From the NCBI GenBank assembly GCA_905233465.1, contig CAJOEI010000025.1, positions 4,951 through 68,950 on the forward strand: a stretch of 64,000 nt of DNA, written 5' to 3'. The translations under genes and the position numbers were made by a program. The stretch comes from an uncultured Bacteroidaceae bacterium (GTDB taxonomy: Bacteria; Bacteroidota; Bacteroidia; Bacteroidales; Bacteroidaceae). Shown in pieces: positions 45,640-54,374 of this stretch (positions are counted from its first letter, which is position 1; each line of letters opens with the position of its first letter). The notes under the pieces are model-generated. The model was given only the letters and a program-made list of their open reading frames with translations, did no database searches and was not told the origin of the DNA.

Positions 45640-48573
45640 TCATTCCATCACAACAGCTTCCTTGCGTGCCCCGTCAACCTTGATAACAAGGGGCGTATCG
45701 AGATGCACCACGCGGATGTGGTCGCTTTCGTAAGTGGCAGGCATCTGCGCCAGACGGTCCTGACGGTAGACACCGTCGCCCATGTAGTCGTTTATGGTCA
45801 GATAGGCTACACCCAGTGATGTGAGGTTCTGGAAGAAGTGCGTTCCCTGGCTTGGGTCAACACGGTAGTTGTCCATGCCTGCCTCCACAATCACCTTGGC
45901 GGCAGAGATGGCCGGCCACTTGACAGGTATGCCCAACCAAGGGTCGCTGGAGCCCCAGCGTCCGGGGCCGACGAGGACGTAATTACGGCCTTCGTCGAGG
46001 AACTTGCGGTTGATGTCACGCATCTCGTCAGCTATGGCAGGATTATGGGATGCGCTCCAGTTGTCGGTCTTCACGTAAACGATGTCCTGAATGTCCTGCA
46101 TCACGCCGTGACCTATGGCGTTGTGTGAGCGCAGCAGGCAGGCCTCGTCGCTGATTTTGGTCAGGTCTTCATCGAGATACATCTTGTTGTCGACCATCGG
46201 GCGTATCTGCAGCAGGTAGAACTCGCCTGTGCGGTCGGCATTAATGTTCGCGGCAAACTCTATTTCCACGGGACGACGCATCTCAGACTGGCCATACTGC
46301 ATGACCTTCTGCATCAGCTCCGGCAGCGGGAAGATGCCTTGCTGCAGCACTCCGCAGAAGGTAATCACTTTGCGGCCACCTTCATATATGCCGTCTCGCA
46401 GCACTTGGTCGTATGGGTCGTAGGTGGAGGCGATGTATTGCAATGTTCCGTCGGGTTCGGCGGCATTGACACGCAGTCGCAGGAGGTTGAAACCGTCGTC
46501 CTTGATGAACGTTGTCGGCGGGTTCTGGAGGTCAAGGGCGTAGAAGCGTGTTTGCGTCTCGCGCAAAGCTATCTCCAGCTCGCTGGTTTGCAACACCTGA
46601 TGCGGGTGTGCCGGGCACACTCGCAGACATTGTCCTCCGTCAACGATATACTTGCCCAAACCAAGCGCCAGATTCACCGTTCCCTCTTCTGCCCGCTCGT
46701 CGCCTATGGGATAATAGTTCACCGAGCGTGCCACGCCAGAGAGCGTAGGATAGAAACGTTCGCCGTGAGCATGGCCCACGACCTCCTGCAGTATCACCGC
46801 CATCTTCTCCTGGTCAATGACATTGCTGGTGGCTGTCATATAAGCCTTCGAGTCGCGGTAGAACACGCTGGCATACACAGCCTTGACAGCATCCGAGAGC
46901 ATGTGCAGGCGTTCGTACTTGTCGGCCACATGAGGTATCATATATGTCGAATAGATGCCTGCAAAGGGCTGGTAGTGGCTGTCTTCGAGCAGTGAGCTCG
47001 AACGTATGGCGATGGGAGTATCAACGACTTCAAGGAAAGCCATGAGGTCGCCTATGAGACGTGCCGGCAGGCGGGCATGCAGGAATGCAGTGAGGATCTC
47101 TTCGTCGGGCAAGTCGGAGAGCGCCAGCTGATAGAGTTCATTAGAATCCATGAACTCGTCGAAGATATCGGTACAGAGCACTACCGTCTTGGGTATCATC
47201 ACCGAAGCGTTGTCGAATTCTTCCAAGTCGGGATGGCGTTGTATGATGTGGTCTATGAATGCCAGTCCGCGACCCTTGCCACCCAGACTACCGTCGCCGA
47301 TGCGCTGGAAGTTGGAGTAGCGGTCGAAACGGTCACGCTGGAACACGGCCACAACACCCTGGTTTTTCATGCGACGGTACGACACGATTGCATCGAAGAT
47401 GATTTGTCTGTGCTGGTCAACGTCGCGAACGGAGTTCCAAGTGATGCGTTTGAGGAACTCTGCTATGGGGAACAGTGCCCTGGATCCCAGCCAGCGCGAG
47501 ACATTGTTGTGCTGCACGTGGTAGAGCAGAGCCTCGCGGGGCAGTGTGAAGATGTTGTCCTGCAGGTCCTTGAGGTTGCGCAGGCGTGCCACCTCCTGCA
47601 TGTTGCTCGGGTCGCGGAAGATGAAGTCTCCGAAACCGAAATAGTGGTTGATGAGCTTGCGCAGGTCCACGGCCAGCTTCTTGGAGTTCTTGTCCACGAA
47701 GCGCACCTTCTGGTCCTCTAACAGCTTGGCTTTCTCTGGCTCACTCGACTCCATGATAAGTGGTATGTAGGGATCGCGTTCGCGGATGTTGCGCAGCAAC
47801 GTCACGCCAGCCAACTCGTCTATACGTCCATCGTGGGGGAAACGGCAGTCGGAAATCACACCCAGAGTATTGTCGGCAAAGCGATCGTATAGCGACCATG
47901 CCTCCTCGTAGGAGCGGGCCAGCACAATCTTCGGACGGCCTCGCATGCGCAACGTCTCGAGTTGCGAGTTGAGAGCTTCCGTAGCAAACTCCAGCGACTG
48001 CTGCAACACGAAATTGTATAGGTTGGGTAGTATGCTGGAATAGAAACGCACGTTGTCCTCCACCAGCAGGATCATCTGCACACCAGCTCCGAGGTCGTGC
48101 TCCAGATTCATTTTGTCCTCGATGAGCTTGATGATGGACAGCAGCAGCTCGGTGTTGCCCAACCAGCAGAACACATATTCGAATGCCGAGAGGTCTTCAC
48201 CAGTCATGCGACGGCTGATGCCGTGGCTGAACGGCGTCAGCACCACGCATGGTATCTGCGGATGGCTCTCCTTGATGCCACGTGCAATCTGGAAGATGTC
48301 GTTGTTGTCTGTGCCAGGCATGACGATGACCAGATCAAAGCTCAGACGATCCATCTGTGTCAGCGCCTCGTCCTCGGAGGCCACCTGCACGAAGCGTGGA
48401 GGATAGCGCAGGCCGAGTTTGGCATATTCATCAAATATCTTCTCATCCACACGGCCGTCATCCTCAAGCATGAAGGCATCATACGGGTTGGCAATGAGTA
48501 GCACATTGAAGATTCGTCGAGCCATGAGGTCGACGAAACTGGTGTCTTTCAGTACGAGTTGTTCACGTTTCAT
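45640..48573 (-). CDS. uncharacterised protein: two receiver-like domains plus a PEP/pyruvate-binding (PPDK_N ATP-grasp) domain plus a conserved C-terminal domain
   Basis: REC-like regions are NVLLIANPYDAFMLEDD...DLVIVMPG and MILLVEDNVRFYSS...ISDCRFP. PPDK_N-like segments are IGDGSLGGKGRGLAFI and IAIRSSSLLEDS. I see no TSHAAI-type phosphohistidine motif. The tail reads VGPGRWGSSDPWLGIPVKW...PSQGTHFFQN. Confidence 0.7.
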   Translation of the reverse strand: MKREQLVLKDTSFVDLMARRIFNVLLIANPYDAFMLEDDGRVDEKIFDEYAKLGLRYPPRFVQVASEDEALTQMDRLSFDLVIVMPGTDNNDIFQIARGIKESHPQIPCVVLTPFSHGISRRMTGEDLSAFEYVFCWLGNTELLLSIIKLIEDKMNLEHDLGAGVQMILLVEDNVRFYSSILPNLYNFVLQQSLEFATEALNSQLETLRMRGRPKIVLARSYEEAWSLYDRFADNTLGVISDCRFPHDGRIDELAGVTLLRNIRERDPYIPLIMESSEPEKAKLLEDQKVRFVDKNSKKLAVDLRKLINHYFGFGDFIFRDPSNMQEVARLRNLKDLQDNIFTLPREALLYHVQHNNVSRWLGSRALFPIAEFLKRITWNSVRDVDQHRQIIFDAIVSYRRMKNQGVVAVFQRDRFDRYSNFQRIGDGSLGGKGRGLAFIDHIIQRHPDLEEFDNASVMIPKTVVLCTDIFDEFMDSNELYQLALSDLPDEEILTAFLHARLPARLIGDLMAFLEVVDTPIAIRSSSLLEDSHYQPFAGIYSTYMIPHVADKYERLHMLSDAVKAVYASVFYRDSKAYMTATSNVIDQEKMAVILQEVVGHAHGERFYPTLSGVARSVNYYPIGDERAEEGTVNLALGLGKYIVDGGQCLRVCPAHPHQVLQTSELEIALRETQTRFYALDLQNPPTTFIKDDGFNLLRLRVNAAEPDGTLQYIASTYDPYDQVLRDGIYEGGRKVITFCGVLQQGIFPLPELMQKVMQYGQSEMRRPVEIEFAANINADRTGEFYLLQIRPMVDNKMYLDEDLTKISDEACLLRSHNAIGHGVMQDIQDIVYVKTDNWSASHNPAIADEMRDINRKFLDEGRNYVLVGPGRWGSSDPWLGIPVKWPAISAAKVIVEAGMDNYRVDPSQGTHFFQNLTSLGVAYLTINDYMGDGVYRQDRLAQMPATYESDHIRVVHLDTPLVIKVDGARKEAVVME

Positions 48574-48582
48574 AGGTAATGA

Positions 48583-49773
48583 TTAGTCTTTCATTTCTCT
48601 TATCCGCTGCAACGCCTGCTGCATCTTGTCGTCCTTGGCACACAGTGAGATACGTATGTAGCGGTTGCCATTGGAACCGAAGATGAATCCCGGTGTTACA
48701 AACACACGCGCCTCGTGGAGGATGCGCTCTGTCAGCGTCTCAACGTTGTCGATGTCGTCGGGTATGCGTCCCCACAGGAACATGCCCGTCTGCGTGGGGT
48801 CGAAGGTGCAGCCCAGCTCGCGCATGATGTCCTCGGCGATGGCGCGACGCGTGGCGTATGTGGCAATATTGGCCTGCATGTGCCATTCGTCGGTGCTGCC
48901 CGTGAGGGCCTCTGCCGCCGCGAGCTGCATGGGCCGGAATGTGCCGCTGTCGATATTGGACTTCACCTTGAGAATCCATCGAATGAACTCGGCGTTGGTA
49001 CACAGCATGCCTACGCGCCAGCCAGGCATGTTGAAGCTCTTGGACATGGAGTTGAATTCGATGCAACAGTCCTTGGCTCCAGGCACCTGCAGGATGCTTA
49101 ACCGCTCGCCCTCGTTGAGAATGAACGAGTATGGGTTGTCGTTGACAACCACTATGCCATGACGACGCGCGAAGTCCACCAACCGCTCGTAGGTACGGCG
49201 CTGGGCGCGTGCACCGGTCGGCATGTGCGGGTAGTTGCACCACAGCAGCTTGGGGGCCGTGGCCGGATTGCTTACAAGTTCCTCTAATTGGTCGAAATCT
49301 GGCTGCCATCCGTTGGCCTCGGTGAGGTCATAGTTGACAACTTCTGCCCCAAGCAGTTGGGACAGGGATGTATATGTTGGGTAGCCTGGATTTGGCACCA
49401 GCACGCGCTCGCCTGGGTTCACCAACGCCAGCGTTACATGCAGGATGCCTTCCTTGGAACCTATCAGTGGCTGTATCTCGGTGGCCGGATCCAGCTCCAC
49501 GCCATACCAGCGGGCATAGAACGCAGCCATAGCCTGACGCAGCTCAGGCGTGCCCACAGTTGGCTGATAGCCATGAGCTTCGGGACGACGTGCCTCGCGG
49601 CAGAGCACATCGATGGTGTTGGCCGACGGCGGCATATCGGGGCTGCCGATGGCCAGAGAGATGATGTCGCAACCCTCGGCATTGAGGCGTGCCACCTCTT
49701 TGAGCTTGCGACTGAAGTAGTATTCCTGCACATGCTGAAGCCGCTGTGCAGGCTCAAATACATTCTTTTCCAT
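48583..49773 (-). CDS. class I/II pyridoxal-phosphate aminotransferase (aromatic amino acid pathway context)
   Basis: Contains NSMSKSFNMPGWRVG and NPGYPTY. The track start at 49788 is TTG; ATG 49773 (MEKNVFEP) is preferred. It overlaps the 3' end of pheA by 20 nt. Confidence 0.8.
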   Translation of the reverse strand: MEKNVFEPAQRLQHVQEYYFSRKLKEVARLNAEGCDIISLAIGSPDMPPSANTIDVLCREARRPEAHGYQPTVGTPELRQAMAAFYARWYGVELDPATEIQPLIGSKEGILHVTLALVNPGERVLVPNPGYPTYTSLSQLLGAEVVNYDLTEANGWQPDFDQLEELVSNPATAPKLLWCNYPHMPTGARAQRRTYERLVDFARRHGIVVVNDNPYSFILNEGERLSILQVPGAKDCCIEFNSMSKSFNMPGWRVGMLCTNAEFIRWILKVKSNIDSGTFRPMQLAAAEALTGSTDEWHMQANIATYATRRAIAEDIMRELGCTFDPTQTGMFLWGRIPDDIDNVETLTERILHEARVFVTPGFIFGSNGNRYIRISLCAKDDKMQQALQRIREMKD

Positions 49774-50596
49774 GCGTGTATTCTCCAAGTATTCTTAGGT
49801 CTGAGGTCAGTGGACGTATAGCGTCTATGCACTGTGAATAGCGTGTGTAGTCAGTAAAGAGCACATCGACGTAGAAGAGATATTCCCACTCGCGTCCGAT
49901 GATGGGCAACGACTGTATCTTTGTCAGGTTCAGTTTGTAGAATGACAGCACCGATAGCACCTGAGACAGCGACCCTTCTTCGTGTGGCAGCGCGAACACT
50001 ATGCTGGCCTTGTCCGTCGTCAGGATGTTGCGCAGCAGGTTGGCTCGTGAGGGATTGGCCACAACCAGGAAACGTGTGAAGTTGTGTTTGTTGGTCTCTA
50101 TGCCCTCCTGCAGCACCTGCAGACCGTACATCTCTGCCAGACGTGCCGAGCCTATTGCCGCGTGGCCGTGCATCTGCTCACGTGCGATGGTGCTGGCGGC
50201 ACCTGCGGTGTCGGTAGCTTCCACGATTTTCATGTCCGGATGCTGTCGCAGGAAGTCGCGACACTGCATCAGCGCCACGGGATGCGAATGCACCTCATGA
50301 ATGTCATCCCAGGTGTCAGAAGGCAATGCCAGGAAACTGTGCTTAATGCGCAGCTTGTGCTCGCCGACGATAGTCACCGGAGCCTCGCGCAGCAGCTCGT
50401 AGTTGTGTAGCAACGAACCCGCGATGGTGTTCTCAATGGCCACCACACCTATGGCTGTGGCATCAGCACGCAGCGTGTCAAAGACCAGTTCAAACGACGA
50501 ACAACAGATGAGTTCGATGTCCTCGCCCTCGTAATACTGATGAGCAGCGATGTCGTGGAAACTGCCTTCTATGCCCTGAATTGCTATACGTTTCAT
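49754..50596 (-). CDS. pheA: prephenate dehydratase
   Basis: Contains MKRIAIQGIEGSFHDIAA and NFTRFLVV. The ACT region reads LNLTKIQSLPIIGREWEYLFYVDV. Confidence 0.88.
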   Translation of the reverse strand: MKRIAIQGIEGSFHDIAAHQYYEGEDIELICCSSFELVFDTLRADATAIGVVAIENTIAGSLLHNYELLREAPVTIVGEHKLRIKHSFLALPSDTWDDIHEVHSHPVALMQCRDFLRQHPDMKIVEATDTAGAASTIAREQMHGHAAIGSARLAEMYGLQVLQEGIETNKHNFTRFLVVANPSRANLLRNILTTDKASIVFALPHEEGSLSQVLSVLSFYKLNLTKIQSLPIIGREWEYLFYVDVLFTDYTRYSQCIDAIRPLTSDLRILGEYTHGKECI

Positions 50597-50633
50597 TTAT
50601 TATATTATTATCTCAACTTGAAACTTAAACAAA

Positions 50634-50663
50634 GTTCCCGCCTCATTGCAGTGAAGCGGGAAC
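50634..50663 (-). terminator. attenuator terminator upstream of pheA
   Basis: The minus strand reads GTTCCCGC-N14-GCGGGAAC (8-bp stem) followed by TTTGTTTAAGTTT. The last U of the run lies about 18 nt upstream of the pheA ATG (hairpin base about 37 nt upstream). Confidence 0.7.
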
Positions 50664-50705
50664 CTGATATTATCAATTGTCAATTTCCAATTATCAATTG
50701 TACAC
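50664..50705. repeat. 7-bp tandem tract (TATCAAT/TGTCAAT/TTCCAAT) inside the pheA leader
   Basis: The tract reads ctgatat tatcaat tgtcaat ttccaat tatcaat tgtacac. It forms the loop between the antiterminator strands. Confidence 0.85.
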
Positions 50706-50716
50706 GGCCTACCGCT

Positions 50717-50776
50717 TCACTCTGGCAGAGCAAAGTAAAAATAGCGGTAATAGTATGCGTGACGATGTTGAATCAT
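50717..50776 (-). CDS. pheA operon leader peptide (19 aa): MIQHRHAYYYRYFYFALPE
   Basis: My translation is ATG ATT CAA CAT CGT CAC GCA TAC TAT TAC CGC TAT TTT TAC TTT GCT CTG CCA GAG TGA. Seven of eight consecutive codons are Tyr or Phe. The stop codon is embedded in the antiterminator strand AGTGAAGCGG. Confidence 0.7.
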   Translation of the reverse strand: MIQHRHAYYYRYFYFALPE

Positions 50777-50801
50777 TATATATTTTTGTGTTTATCGGCG
50801 G

Positions 50802-50809
50802 CAAAAGTA
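50802..50809 (-). promoter_or_regulatory. candidate -7 box TACTTTTG for the pheA leader transcript
   Basis: The reverse complement of caaaagta lies 26 nt upstream of the leader ATG (50776). Confidence 0.5.
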
Positions 50810-50876
50810 CACGTATTATCTCATATCGCCAACTTTTTCATCAACTTTTTGCAACTTCACTTGCATTTTGTTGATG

Positions 50877-52061
50877 TCAGCTCAGCATGGAACGGCCCAC
50901 AGCCTTGCGAATCTCGAACATATACACGAAGCACGAAAGCAGGAAATAGACACCGGCCAGGACCCACAGCATCAGCAGTTCATCGTGGACATCACCCAGA
51001 GATGCGCCCATGCCGCAGACACGCACATAGGCATTTGCGCCCCATGTGGACGGGAAGACGGTGCTCACAGCCTTCCAGAACGGGGGAATGGATGCTCCGG
51101 GCCAGCTCACGCCGGTGAGGAACAGCAGGGGTATGGACATGAACACGAAGAGCAGGATGCAGTCCTCGCGACGGTAGATGAAGCTGGACCAGAAGATGGC
51201 CATATATGTGCACGCCAGCAGATAAGGCACCAGCACGCCTATGAGCGTCCAGAAGTGTGCCAGCTGCGGCAGGCCGAACCAGCGCGTGACGCACACGGCC
51301 ATATACACACCCATGAGCAGGAAGAGCAGGAAATGCACCAGCCCCTTGCCCAGGACAATGGCCAGAGTGTTCTTGTAGTGGCGCGAAGGAGGGATGACAA
51401 GGCCGCGGAAGCGTTCGCGCGAACGGCCCATAGACATGCCCACACCCAGACACAGCGCCTGCTGCAGGATGAGCATCAACACAGGGGGTATGAGGAACGA
51501 GGCAAAGCCTCCGGCAGAGTTGTACATCTTCACCTCCTCAAAGCGTATGGGCCAGCGCGCCAGCTCCTCCTCGCGAGCTGTGGTGTTGCTCTGATGTTCA
51601 TGCACCTTGATGTTGCGGTTTATCTCCTGTGCCACATTGATGACACCCAGATAAGCCACCTTATAATATAGCATCGACGTGAGGTCGCTGTAGAGGCCCA
51701 CCACCGTCTGTTCGCCGCGTACGAGGCTGAGGTTGAACTCCGCCGGCACACGCAGTATGGCATACACGTCGCGTCGACGCATCAGCTCCTGAGCCTCGGC
51801 CATATCAGTGCAGTGGGCTGCGATGCTGACCTCCGGCGTGGCATCTACGCGGCGGATGAAGTCGCGGCTACGGGCTGTCATGCTCTCATCGACGACACAC
51901 ACGGGCAGCTCGCGCTGCGTCTCGGTGTTGTATATCATCGCGTACAGCAACGGATAGGCCAGCGGCAGCAGGATGACGAAGATCAGTATGCCCTCATCTT
52001 TGACGAGTTCCGAGAGCTCGTCCATCCACACATGTAATATAGGGAACTTTGGCTTGATCAT
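50877..52061 (-). CDS. ABC-2 type transporter permease
   Basis: 394 aa. An N-terminal TM helix and a large periplasmic loop are followed by a C-terminal 5-TM bundle. It overlaps the upstream paralog by 4 bp. Confidence 0.75.
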   Translation of the reverse strand: MIKPKFPILHVWMDELSELVKDEGILIFVILLPLAYPLLYAMIYNTETQRELPVCVVDESMTARSRDFIRRVDATPEVSIAAHCTDMAEAQELMRRRDVYAILRVPAEFNLSLVRGEQTVVGLYSDLTSMLYYKVAYLGVINVAQEINRNIKVHEHQSNTTAREEELARWPIRFEEVKMYNSAGGFASFLIPPVLMLILQQALCLGVGMSMGRSRERFRGLVIPPSRHYKNTLAIVLGKGLVHFLLFLLMGVYMAVCVTRWFGLPQLAHFWTLIGVLVPYLLACTYMAIFWSSFIYRREDCILLFVFMSIPLLFLTGVSWPGASIPPFWKAVSTVFPSTWGANAYVRVCGMGASLGDVHDELLMLWVLAGVYFLLSCFVYMFEIRKAVGRSMLS

Positions 52062-53233
52062 TCTTGGTATTCTTTGTTGAGGAAGGCATCATTCAGGCGA
52101 TAGCCGAAGAGCTGGGGTGCCAGATATATGGCCACGAGAGCCACCACACTGGACCACGCATAGCTGATGTCATAGCCGTTAAGCGCTTGATTGACATATA
52201 TGAGGAAGTAGTGGTGCAGCGGGAAGATATTGCTCAGCCACTGAAACGGCGCGTCCATTGCTGACACGGGAAACGAGAAGCCGGCCAGCGAGAACTGCAT
52301 CACGCCCAGCAGCGAGCATGCAGACATCGCCATGCGCATCTGGCCGGGGAAGGCCTCAAACATCAACAGCCCGAAGCCCTGTGAGGCCAGCACAGCCAGG
52401 AAACCCCACAGCATCATACGCGAGATGCCGCATTGACACGGGAACTGCAGATAGCTGTAGAAGATCAGGTCTATGACCCAGAAGATGATGGTGTACAACA
52501 TGGTCTGAGGCATGAACTTGCCCAGGATGACCACCCACACGCGCTGCCCGGCCATGTTGTAGAGCTTGCGTTGTGAGCCACGTTTCCACTCTATGCCCAG
52601 CGCATAGCTCGTGGTGAGCATGATGACGAGCATCAGCAGCCCCGGCACGATGAGGTTGGACAGCACCACGGAGTAGTTCAGATGCGGATTGCCTATAGGG
52701 TGCGACTCGATGACGATAGGTTGCAAGGTGCCCATAATCTGGTCGTCGCGAAAGCCACGCGCACGCATCGTGGCGCGTGTCATGGCCAGGCCAGCCATCT
52801 CGCCCATCTTGCGCATGTCCTTCATCAGCAGCGAGGCCGCGACATAGTATGTGTCGTTGGTATAGAACGAGATCACGGGTTGGCGCTGCGTCAGCGTCGC
52901 CTCGGTGGTGCCCTTGGGAATGCGGAAGATGGCATACACCTCGCCGCGCTGCATAGCCTGACGTGCCTCGGTGAAGCTCGTGGTCTGCATGACGAAGTTG
53001 GTCTCCTCCATCGTGCCGAGGATGCGTGTCAGCTGGCGCGTGACATGCGTGTTGTCCTCATCGACCAGTGCTGCTGGCAACTTGGTGGGCAGGCCAGCCT
53101 GCATCAGGCTCGTGAACATCCACAGGAACCCCAGTGGAGCCACAAACATGATGACCAGGAAGATAGGTCTCCGGCCGAAGGCTACGAGCTCACGACGCGT
53201 GATCTGCCAGATGTTCTTTAATGCCGTGAGCAT
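52058..53233 (-). CDS. ABC-2 type transporter permease
   Basis: 391 aa with the same architecture as its neighbour. Confidence 0.75.
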   Translation of the reverse strand: MLTALKNIWQITRRELVAFGRRPIFLVIMFVAPLGFLWMFTSLMQAGLPTKLPAALVDEDNTHVTRQLTRILGTMEETNFVMQTTSFTEARQAMQRGEVYAIFRIPKGTTEATLTQRQPVISFYTNDTYYVAASLLMKDMRKMGEMAGLAMTRATMRARGFRDDQIMGTLQPIVIESHPIGNPHLNYSVVLSNLIVPGLLMLVIMLTTSYALGIEWKRGSQRKLYNMAGQRVWVVILGKFMPQTMLYTIIFWVIDLIFYSYLQFPCQCGISRMMLWGFLAVLASQGFGLLMFEAFPGQMRMAMSACSLLGVMQFSLAGFSFPVSAMDAPFQWLSNIFPLHHYFLIYVNQALNGYDISYAWSSVVALVAIYLAPQLFGYRLNDAFLNKEYQE

Positions 53234-53236
53234 ATT

Positions 53237-54223
53237 TTACTTGATAATAACAGTCATGCCGGCCAGCACGTCCTTGACATCGTCATTGTTCACGGGGCGA
53301 GCAGTGACCTCAAATGTTTTCAGGTCATACTGGTCGAGGGCTTTGGTGGCCTTCCATGTGGCATAGCTGCCCATGACATTCATCGAGGTGATCTTCACCT
53401 TGAGCTCGCGGTCCACGGCGGGAGCATAGATGGTCAGCTCGCTGCCGATGGTCATGCTCGGCAGATAGTCCTCGCGGACATTGAAGACGAAGCGCACATC
53501 GTCCGTGCGGGCGATGTTCATGATTGGTGCACCCTGACCCACGAGCTCGCCAACAGAGGGGAATACCTCGGTCACGGTGCCGTCGGCAGTGGCGGTGAGC
53601 ACGGTCTCGCGCTGGTAGCCCTGCACCTCAGTCACGGCACCACGGGCACGTGCCACCTGTGCGGCAGCAGCAGCCTTGTCCTCACGGCGCGCACCTTCCT
53701 TGGCCATCTCATACTGGCTGCGGGCGGCAGCCTCGGTGGCGCGCATAGCCTTCAGCTGGGCCTCGGCCTCGTCACGCTTCTGCGTGGCGATGACGCCTTC
53801 GTCGGCCAGACGGGAGACTCGTGCGAAAGTCTTCTCACACACCTCCAGACCGGCAATGGCTTTCTGCCACAGCTCGTAGGCACCCTGTATCTCCTGACGG
53901 CGCGCGCCGTTCTGGGCCTTCTGCTCTATGGCCATCGCTGCGGCTTCGGCAGCCTGAGCCTGCATCATCTTGGCTTCCACCTCGGGCGAATCCATCACCA
54001 CCAGTGTGTCACCTGCCTTCACGCGGTCGCCGCTGTGCACACGCAGTTCCTTCACGCGGCTGGGCACCTTGCTGCTGATGCGGTAGTCCGATGTCTCGGC
54101 CTGACCCTGCAGCACTTCCTTGGGTTTAGGCAAGAAGATGCCCACGAGAATTACTAACACCATCACGCCCACAAGCACCAGGGCAATGATTAGCAGATTG
54201 TTGAGTTTTGTACGTTTTGCCAT
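53237..54223 (-). CDS. HlyD family membrane-fusion (periplasmic adaptor) protein
   Basis: N-terminal TM helix, lipoyl-like GDRVKAGDTLVVMD, and a coiled-coil-rich middle (AQAAEAAAMAIEQKAQ...). Confidence 0.8.
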   Translation of the reverse strand: MAKRTKLNNLLIIALVLVGVMVLVILVGIFLPKPKEVLQGQAETSDYRISSKVPSRVKELRVHSGDRVKAGDTLVVMDSPEVEAKMMQAQAAEAAAMAIEQKAQNGARRQEIQGAYELWQKAIAGLEVCEKTFARVSRLADEGVIATQKRDEAEAQLKAMRATEAAARSQYEMAKEGARREDKAAAAAQVARARGAVTEVQGYQRETVLTATADGTVTEVFPSVGELVGQGAPIMNIARTDDVRFVFNVREDYLPSMTIGSELTIYAPAVDRELKVKITSMNVMGSYATWKATKALDQYDLKTFEVTARPVNNDDVKDVLAGMTVIIK

Positions 54224-54327
54224 ATTCTGTGATTATATTATCTGATGTTATGCTATGGAGTTATGTTTAGGAGTTAAAGGGCCAATGCTATTATTAAGTC
54301 TCATTTGTGGATAATTATCATTTGGCT

Positions 54328-54374
54328 CATTATAACTCCCCATTATAACTCCCTTTTATAACTCCTTAACTCCC
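54328..54374. repeat. tandem 13-bp repeats (CATTATAACTCCC)
   Basis: The tract reads cattataactccc cattataactccc ttttataactcc ttaactccc. Inverted partial copies (ggagttat, ggagttaa) lie at 54257-54277. All lie within the 150-bp TolC-HlyD spacer. Confidence 0.85.
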
